DNA of 64,000 bases from Candidatus Moraniibacteriota bacterium (GTDB taxonomy: Bacteria > Patescibacteriota > Minisyncoccia > Moranbacterales > UBA2206), in contig JBAQNU010000029.1 of NCBI GenBank assembly GCA_049304095.1, positions 98,222 to 162,221 on the forward strand, given 5' to 3'. Below are positions 57,691-64,000 of the stretch, in pieces; the first letter of the stretch is position 1; the number at the start of each line of letters is the position of its first letter. A model generated the notes under the pieces. It ran no database searches, was not told where the DNA came from, and worked only from the letters and a program-made list of their open reading frames with translations. The position numbers were made by a program, and so were the translations under genes.

Positions 57691-58404
57691 TTAGCTTAAA
57701 ATCCAGATTATAAATTGAATAACTGCCCATGGGACCATAACTGTTCCAATGAGAATCTCAATCCGAAATTTTTTCAAAACGTGAATTTTTGGCAAGAGAT
57801 TTCTGCGGAGTGCACGTTTTTTTTGTCTTTCATAAACCGTTCCTTCCGCGTTATCACCTGTTACTTTTTCTGCTAATAATTCGGACAAAAAAGCTTCGGC
57901 AGAATCATTGATGGTTATCTTCTGGAAAGACAACCTTTCTGTCTGTTTGGCTTCAGGCGAGGGATTTTTGCTTTGCTCTATGAATCTTCTCCGAAGTCCA
58001 ACTAGATTAATGATATATCGAATGGGATCATAGATGCCTTCTTTGTCTAGATTCTCTTCGAACTCTTCTGCTACGGTTTTTGCATCTGGTTCTGGATGAG
58101 AGTCTTTTATTTGGCTATACTCATCATCATCATCGTGAGTCATACCTGGAAAAGCTTCCATAAGCCAGATTGGCATTTGTTTTTCTGATGTTTCTCCTGG
58201 TTGCTGTTGATTGCCTCCTTGGTTTGGTCTTCTGAGACCAAGGGTAACCAGGAAAAGCAACATTGCATTTTCCATGGCCTCCATGATAATTGGCGTGATC
58301 CATCTTTTCTTGGTTGGCGCTTCGGGCTGATTTGCCTTAGACGTAGCTTCTGCGGGATTTTCCTCTGCCGGTTTTCCTGTATCCTTCTGATTTTTTCTAG
58401 CCAT
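57691..58404 (-). CDS. hypothetical protein with C-terminal TM anchor
   Basis: ORF only. Confidence 0.35.
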   Translation of the reverse strand: MARKNQKDTGKPAEENPAEATSKANQPEAPTKKRWITPIIMEAMENAMLLFLVTLGLRRPNQGGNQQQPGETSEKQMPIWLMEAFPGMTHDDDDEYSQIKDSHPEPDAKTVAEEFEENLDKEGIYDPIRYIINLVGLRRRFIEQSKNPSPEAKQTERLSFQKITINDSAEAFLSELLAEKVTGDNAEGTVYERQKKRALRRNLLPKIHVLKKFRIEILIGTVMVPWAVIQFIIWILS

Positions 58405-58795
58405 GGTTGATTCTCCTTTTTCTGTAGTTGATATATAAAATTGTCAAAGAACCCGGTAATTTGGGCTCTTTTCTTTTCTTGAGCCTAAGTCGGCGTGACT
58501 ATCACGTCAACTGTATATCTTAGCACAAAACGGGAGAAAAGTCAAATTGACGTAGCGTAGTATGCAAATTTAGGTCTTGGATAAGCCATAAAAAAGTCGG
58601 GGATTTTTAGTGAAAAGGTGTTTTGGGCTTTTGTTGAGCCAAAGTTTGGGAAAAACGAGCCAAGTGGATGGAAAATAGTAAAAATGGCTAGAAATAAGCA
58701 ATATCACGCAAAAAGAATCAAAACGAGGCTTGAATTAGTAAGAAAGGTTGCACCCGATCTACATTTAAGGCAAATCAATGTTCATTTCGGTTGAT

Positions 58796-58825
58796 TTGAC
58801 AAAAACCACTCTTGCGGGCTATAAT
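58796..58825 (+). promoter_or_regulatory. promoter TTGACA-18-TATAAT upstream of nusA
   Basis: Read directly. Confidence 0.4.
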
Positions 58826-58923
58826 GGAAACGCTATTGGATAGATTATCAGGTTCGCGGGAAGCGGACTTTTTATTTAGCCAAAATTAAGAGGAATAACA
58901 AATTAATTAAGAAATATAACTAT

Positions 58924-60231
58924 ATGGCCAGAAAAAAAGTAGTCAAAGAGGAAGAGGTGGAAAATAATGCCGGGGGGATGGGCGACTTTGGTAGTGCGAT
59001 CACTGCGCTGTGTGAAGAGAAAGGCATTTCCAAAGAAAAAGTAATTGAAACGATTTCTGCCGCCCTGGCCGCAGCTTACAAAAAAGACTATGGCAAAAAA
59101 GGACAAAACATTCGTGCGGAATTTGACGTGGTGAGTGGCGGGACCAAGTTCTATTTAGTTAAGGAAGTAGTTGACGAGACAACACGAGAATTTGCCGTGG
59201 AAAAAGATGAACTAGCCGTAGGGGATAAAGAGCAAGAGGTGAAAGCTAGAAAAGTAGAAGCAATAATGGAAGAAAATGAAGAAAAATTACCTCGTTTCAA
59301 CGCCGAGCGTGATCTGACGCTGGAAGACGCCAAGAAGATTAAGAAAAATGCGGTAGTAGGAGATATTATTGAAACAGTTTTGCCAGAAGAGAAAGATTAT
59401 GGTCGCGTCGCAGCGCAAACAGCTAAACAAGTTATTATTCAACGCATCCGCGAAGCAGAACGGGATTCGATGTTTGAAGAATATAAGAACAAAGAAGGTG
59501 AAGTGCTTTCTGGTGTGGTGCAACGCATTGAAGGGCGGAATGTTTTCATTGATTTGGGCAAATCAATTGGGGTGCTTTTTCCTCATGAGCAAGTGGAGCG
59601 GGAAAATTATCGCATCGGGCAACGATTGAAAGTCTATTTGGAAAGCGTGGACGCTGGAAACAAAGGGCCGGGACTTGTGCTTAGTCGCACTCATCCAGAA
59701 ATGGTGAGACGCATGTTCGAGTTGGAAGTGCCGGAAATTTTTGCTGGAACAGTGGTGATTAAAGAAATTGCCAGAGAAGCGGGAGAGCGCACCAAGGTTG
59801 CTGTTATGTCAACAGAAGAAGGGATTGATCCGATTGGTTCTTGTGTTGGTCAAAAAGGGACGCGTGTGCAATCGATTATTGAAGAATTGAACGGAGAAAA
59901 GCTTGATATCATTCTTTGGAATGAGGATCCAGCCAAATTTGTGGCAGCGGCGCTTAGTCCTGCCAAGGCTTTGCGAGTGGACTTGCATGAGGACGAAAAA
60001 AGAGCGGAAGTGCTTGTGCCAGAAGATCAATTATCGTTGGCTATTGGCAAACGCGGACAAAATGTGCGCCTAGCAGCCAAACTGACCGGATGGAAGTTGG
60101 ATATTTTGGGAGCGGGAGAAGTAGCTGAAAATAGCGAAGAAAAAGTGGATGAATTAAGTGAGGCAGAGGAAGTGATTGAAGAGAAAACAGAAGAAAAAGC
60201 TGCTGAAGATAGAATCGAAACAGAAGAATAA
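58924..60231 (+). CDS. nusA: transcription termination/antitermination factor NusA
   Basis: N-terminal domain plus S1 and KH domains (GSCVGQKGTRVQSI...GKRGQNVRLA). Confidence 0.85.
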   Translation: MARKKVVKEEEVENNAGGMGDFGSAITALCEEKGISKEKVIETISAALAAAYKKDYGKKGQNIRAEFDVVSGGTKFYLVKEVVDETTREFAVEKDELAVGDKEQEVKARKVEAIMEENEEKLPRFNAERDLTLEDAKKIKKNAVVGDIIETVLPEEKDYGRVAAQTAKQVIIQRIREAERDSMFEEYKNKEGEVLSGVVQRIEGRNVFIDLGKSIGVLFPHEQVERENYRIGQRLKVYLESVDAGNKGPGLVLSRTHPEMVRRMFELEVPEIFAGTVVIKEIAREAGERTKVAVMSTEEGIDPIGSCVGQKGTRVQSIIEELNGEKLDIILWNEDPAKFVAAALSPAKALRVDLHEDEKRAEVLVPEDQLSLAIGKRGQNVRLAAKLTGWKLDILGAGEVAENSEEKVDELSEAEEVIEEKTEEKAAEDRIETEE

Positions 60232-60252
60232 ATAATTTAAAATTATAAAACT

Positions 60253-60783
60253 ATGAATCTATGGCATGATGTTCCCCTTGGGGAAAAAGCTCCGGAGCAG
60301 TTTAATGTAATTATTGAAATTCCAAAAGGGTCGAAGAATAAATACGAGATTGATAAAAAGACCGGTCTTATCAAATTGGATCGCGCGATGAAATCGGCGC
60401 AAGATTATCCATTTGACTATGGTTTTGCTCCGCAAACCTTGTGGGATGACAATGACGCGCTAGATGTGATTGTGCTTTCAACTTATCCACTAATAACTGG
60501 AATTTTAGTGGAAGTGCGACCGGTGGCAGTGATGCGGATGACTGACTCAGGAGAGAGTGATGATAAGATTGTTGCGGTACCAGTGTCTGATCCTCGTTGG
60601 GCGGAAGCGCATGATTTGGCTGATCTTAACAAACATTCTATGAAAGAATTCAAACATTTTTTTGAAACCTATAAATCAATTGATGGAAAAGTGGTGGAAA
60701 TTACCAATATCGAAGGCAAAGAAAAAGCCATGGAAGCAGTGAAGCGAAGCGTGGAATTATATCAGACTAAATTTGCTAAATAA
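60253..60783 (+). CDS. ppa: inorganic pyrophosphatase
   Basis: IIEIPKGSKNKYEID...DNDALDVIVL. Confidence 0.85.
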   Translation: MNLWHDVPLGEKAPEQFNVIIEIPKGSKNKYEIDKKTGLIKLDRAMKSAQDYPFDYGFAPQTLWDDNDALDVIVLSTYPLITGILVEVRPVAVMRMTDSGESDDKIVAVPVSDPRWAEAHDLADLNKHSMKEFKHFFETYKSIDGKVVEITNIEGKEKAMEAVKRSVELYQTKFAK

Positions 60784-60787
60784 AACT

Positions 60788-62071
60788 ATGATCAAGAATT
60801 TACCTAAATCAAGAATAGAAATTGAGTTGACAGTTGAGTGGAAAGAATGGGAAAAATATATCGCGCCGGCTGTGGCGGAAATTTCGGCTGAGTTTAAATT
60901 TCAGGGGTTTCGTCCGGGAAAAGCGCCGCGAAATTTAGTGGAGCAAAAAGTAGGCAAAGAAATGATATTGAATAATGCAGCGGAAAAGGCGATTGGAAAA
61001 AGTTATGCTGATTATATATTGCATGAGAAGATTGCCGTAATCGGGCACCCAGACGTTACGATTGATAAGATCTTGGAAAACGAAGACTTGGTTTTCAAAG
61101 CGGTGGTAGCAGTGATGCCAAAAATTGCGGTAAAACCGGCGTATAAAGAAGCCATAAAAAAAATCAACGAAGCTTATGCAAAAAAAACAGTCGAAGTTGG
61201 TGAGGATGAGCTGAGTTTGGAAATTGATAAATTAGCAGCTAGTCGGGTGAAATTGGTTACTGTTCGACGCGCCGCAGCAAATAATGATAGTGTGGAAGTG
61301 GATTTTTCGGTCAGCATTGACGGCAAGGTAATTGAAGGTGGGGAGAGCAAAAATCACGCACTGATTATTGGCAAGGGTGTGTTTATTCCTGGCTTTGAAG
61401 AAAATTTGATTGGCACTCGCGAAGGAGAGGAAAAAGAATTTTCTTTGTCTTTTCCGGTCGACTATTTCAAAAAAGATTTGGCAGGAAAAGAAGCCAATTT
61501 CAAAGTGAAGATGAATTTGGTGCAAGAGAGACAATTGCCGGAAATTAATGATCAATTTGCGGTTTCTCTGGGAAATTTCAAAAACCTAGAAGAGCTCAAG
61601 AAAAATATTAAAGAAGGCATGGAACATGAAAACGAGCATAAGATCAAGGAAGAAAAAAATACCAAATATTTGGACGAAATCGTGAAAAATGTCGAAGGCG
61701 AAATTCCTGATGCACTGCTTGCTGATGAAACAAATCGGATGATGCAGGAGTTCTCTGGACAAATTCAAGCTGCTGGAATGACCTTGGACGATTATTTGGC
61801 TAAGTTGAAAAAGACCAAAAAAGACCTGGAAAAAGAATGGTCTGGTCAAGCGGAAAAGCGCGTTAAATCAGCCCTAGCACTCAAGGAAATTGCCAAGATG
61901 GAAGAAGTGAAAGTGGAAACGACAGAAGTGGAGGCGGAGATGAACAAAACTGTGCAGTATTACAAAAATGTCAAAGACTTTGAAAAAACTGTTGATATGC
62001 AACGGCTCTATAGCTATGTGAAGGGAACACTGGAGAATGATAAAGTTTTTGAGATACTTGAGAAGTTATAA
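60788..62071 (+). CDS. tig: trigger factor
   Basis: N-terminal ribosome-binding region FQGFRPGKAP. Followed by clpP. Confidence 0.85.
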   Translation: MIKNLPKSRIEIELTVEWKEWEKYIAPAVAEISAEFKFQGFRPGKAPRNLVEQKVGKEMILNNAAEKAIGKSYADYILHEKIAVIGHPDVTIDKILENEDLVFKAVVAVMPKIAVKPAYKEAIKKINEAYAKKTVEVGEDELSLEIDKLAASRVKLVTVRRAAANNDSVEVDFSVSIDGKVIEGGESKNHALIIGKGVFIPGFEENLIGTREGEEKEFSLSFPVDYFKKDLAGKEANFKVKMNLVQERQLPEINDQFAVSLGNFKNLEELKKNIKEGMEHENEHKIKEEKNTKYLDEIVKNVEGEIPDALLADETNRMMQEFSGQIQAAGMTLDDYLAKLKKTKKDLEKEWSGQAEKRVKSALALKEIAKMEEVKVETTEVEAEMNKTVQYYKNVKDFEKTVDMQRLYSYVKGTLENDKVFEILEKL

Positions 62072-62081
62072 TAATTAGAAT

Positions 62082-62190
62082 TTTTAATTTTTAATTTTAT
62101 AATTTTTTAAAAAATGTTTTAATTTTAAAATTAACTCATTGAAAATTATTTAAAAATTAAAAATCAAAAAATTTAAAAATTGTTACAATA
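62082..62190. repeat. AT-rich intergenic element, copy B
   Basis: CATTGAAAATTATTTAAAAATTAAAAAT core. Confidence 0.5.
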
Positions 62191-62192
62191 AT

Positions 62193-62789
62193 ATGGGTAA
62201 AGTAGTTACAAATCAATATTTCATCCCAACAGTGATTGAAAAAACTAGCCATGGTGAGCGGTCCTATGATATTTATTCAAGGCTTTTGCGTGACCGCATC
62301 ATCTTTTTGGGTAGTGAGATTGATGATGGCCTGGCCAATAGCATTATTGCGCAGTTACTTCTGCTGGATTCGCAAAGCTCCAAAGAGGATATCAAAATCT
62401 ATATCAACTCTCCAGGCGGATCAGTCAGCGCGGCTCTGGCGATCTATGACACAATGCAATATGTCAAGGCGGATATCTCCACGATTTGCGTGGGTATCGC
62501 TGCCAGCGCTGCGGCTTTGCTTTTGGCAAGTGGCGCCAAAGGCAAGCGTATTGCACTGCCGAACAGTGAAGTTCTGATTCATCAAGTGATGGGAGGGACG
62601 CAAGGTCAGGCAACTGATATTGACATTCACGCGCGGCACATTTTGAAAATGAAAGATCGCCTAAATGAAATCCTGGCCGAGCACACCGGACAAAAGCGCA
62701 CAAAAATTGCTTTGGACGTGGAAAGAGATTATTTCATGAGCGCGCTGGAAGCTAAAAAATATGGGATTGTGGATAAAGTTATCAAATAA
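62193..62789 (+). CDS. clpP: ATP-dependent Clp protease proteolytic subunit
   Basis: [20 protein letters not shown]. Catalytic Ser context. Confidence 0.9.
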   Translation: MGKVVTNQYFIPTVIEKTSHGERSYDIYSRLLRDRIIFLGSEIDDGLANSIIAQLLLLDSQSSKEDIKIYINSPGGSVSAALAIYDTMQYVKADISTICVGIAASAAALLLASGAKGKRIALPNSEVLIHQVMGGTQGQATDIDIHARHILKMKDRLNEILAEHTGQKRTKIALDVERDYFMSALEAKKYGIVDKVIK

Positions 62790-62829
62790 CGGCGATTAGA
62801 AGTTAGCAAGCAAGCTAGATTAATATAAA

Positions 62830-62855
62830 AAACGCAGGTAACTGCGTTTTTTTAT
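62830..62855 (+). terminator. rho-independent terminator (ACGCAG-GTAA-CTGCGT TTTTTT)
   Basis: Read directly. Confidence 0.7.
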
Positions 62856-62892
62856 TGGACCTTGTTATTTGCTGGTGCGGCTCATTTTTTGG

Positions 62893-64000
62893 CTACTGCT
62901 TGCTACTAATCAATAGTGGCAATAGGCTCTCTCCTGTTATCTCTTTTGGTTTTTCAATCTTGAATAGATCTAAAATGGTTGGTGCGATGTCGCTGAGTAG
63001 TCCTCCAACCTTGAAATCAGAAGAATCTCGGGGTTTTTCTCGGTGGTTTTCGCTTGTGACAAACCAAAGAGGAACGGGATTGGTGGAATGTTCGGTGTCG
63101 TTTTCTCCAGTTTTAAGGTTAACCATTTCTTCCACGTTACCATGATCAGCAGTAATTAAAAGACATCCATCTTTTAAAAGTACAGCGCTAATGAGTTCCG
63201 CTAGGCACTTGTCAATTGTTTCCACGGCAATGGTGGCTGCTTTCTCATTTCCCGTGTGTCCAACAATATCAGCATTAGCATAGTTCAGGAGAATGAAATC
63301 ATATTTTTCTCTTTGCACAAAATCAATCACTTTTTCAGTTAGTTCGTGTGCGCTCATTTCTGGCGCCCCGTCAAAACGAGGAACATCTTTGGAGGGGATA
63401 ATGACACGATCTTCCCCGGGAAAAGCTTCTTCTTCTCCGCCATTAAAAAAATAGGTAACGTGGGCAAATTTTTCCGTTTCCGCAATGCGTAGTTGGGTTA
63501 GTTTGTTTTTGGAAAGTATTTTTCCAAGACAAGTGGAGACTTCGATGACGGGAAAGGCAATCTCAACAGGCAAGTCGCTCTCATATTGCACCATGGTGAC
63601 AAAAAAAAGATTTTCGAGAGGCTTTTTTTCGAATTTATTGAAACCAGGCAGCACAAAAGCCTTGGTGATTTGGCGAGCCCTGTCTTCCCTGAAGTTGAAA
63701 AAGATAATAGCATCATTGTCTTTGACGCGGCCAATTGGTTGGCCATTTTTGACAACAACAGCTGGCAAAATGTATTCGTCAAGCACTTCTTTTTTATAGG
63801 ATTGGTCCAGATATTTGATGGGATCTTCAATTTGCTCTCCGATGCCACTAACCATCGCGTCATAGGCCAGTTTTACTCGATCCCAATTATTATTGCGATC
63901 CATGGCGTAGTAGCGACCGCCGATGGTGGCAATTTGACCGAGTGATTCTTTAGCTAGGCGTTCTTGCAACTCCCGGATAGATTGTGCTCCGGACGTTGGT
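62893..64000 (-). CDS. gpmI: 2,3-bisphosphoglycerate-independent phosphoglycerate mutase, C-terminal part (N-terminus beyond window end)
   Basis: ADHGN...HSTNPVP and GGRYYAMDRD-type regions. ORF is open to the window edge. Confidence 0.75.
   Translation of the reverse strand, partial: PTSGAQSIRELQERLAKESLGQIATIGGRYYAMDRNNNWDRVKLAYDAMVSGIGEQIEDPIKYLDQSYKKEVLDEYILPAVVVKNGQPIGRVKDNDAIIFFNFREDRARQITKAFVLPGFNKFEKKPLENLFFVTMVQYESDLPVEIAFPVIEVSTCLGKILSKNKLTQLRIAETEKFAHVTYFFNGGEEEAFPGEDRVIIPSKDVPRFDGAPEMSAHELTEKVIDFVQREKYDFILLNYANADIVGHTGNEKAATIAVETIDKCLAELISAVLLKDGCLLITADHGNVEEMVNLKTGENDTEHSTNPVPLWFVTSENHREKPRDSSDFKVGGLLSDIAPTILDLFKIEKPKEITGESLLPLLISSKQ

Overview
This 64-kb window is a low-GC (about 40%) stretch of a small-genome bacterium, most plausibly a Candidate Phyla Radiation (Patescibacteria-like) organism. 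The guess rests on tRNAs that lack an encoded CCA, a tRNA intron, Fhs/FolD one-carbon genes, many small hypothetical membrane proteins and T4SS-pilin-like paralogs. The backbone is ordinary housekeeping: a UvrD helicase fragment, XerC/D, tilS-ftsH, gmk, rpsA, gyrA, cca, fhs, rarA, folD, rluD, rplS, a class A PBP, nfo, nrnA, rbfA-infB, nusA, ppa, tig-clpP and a gpmI fragment. It carries 13 tRNA genes in four clusters. Laid over this are several non-ordinary layers. (1) Five divergent TrmB-like HTH regulator paralogs, each divergent from its own cargo; three share a conserved module of promoter, stem-forming leader, a conserved 67-69 aa protein, two conserved hairpins and a different cargo gene each time. 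(2) An AT-rich three-gene island directly after tRNA-Gly encoding a Ham1/RdgB NTP pyrophosphatase translationally coupled to a 499-aa defence-type reverse transcriptase (non-retron, non-DGR) plus a 246-aa unknown protein. (3) A tRNA-Phe(GAA) interrupted by a roughly 251-nt group I-like intron at the unusual 33/34 position, followed by a free-standing LAGLIDADG-like/HTH gene. An HNH endonuclease lies between two other tRNAs. (4) A perfect 18-bp palindrome (TTGTTCCACGTGGAACAA) present in at least 7 perfect and several degenerate copies, all inserted in-frame in an O-antigen-ligase-like membrane protein gene. A second GC-rich hairpin element family is nested exactly at the apices of those palindromes, of tRNA D- and T-loop copies, and in-frame in a UDG gene. 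(5) A tandem array of five VirB2/TrbC-like pilin paralogs with hypervariable Cys-rich ectodomains. No CRISPR array, prophage structural genes or rRNA were seen.
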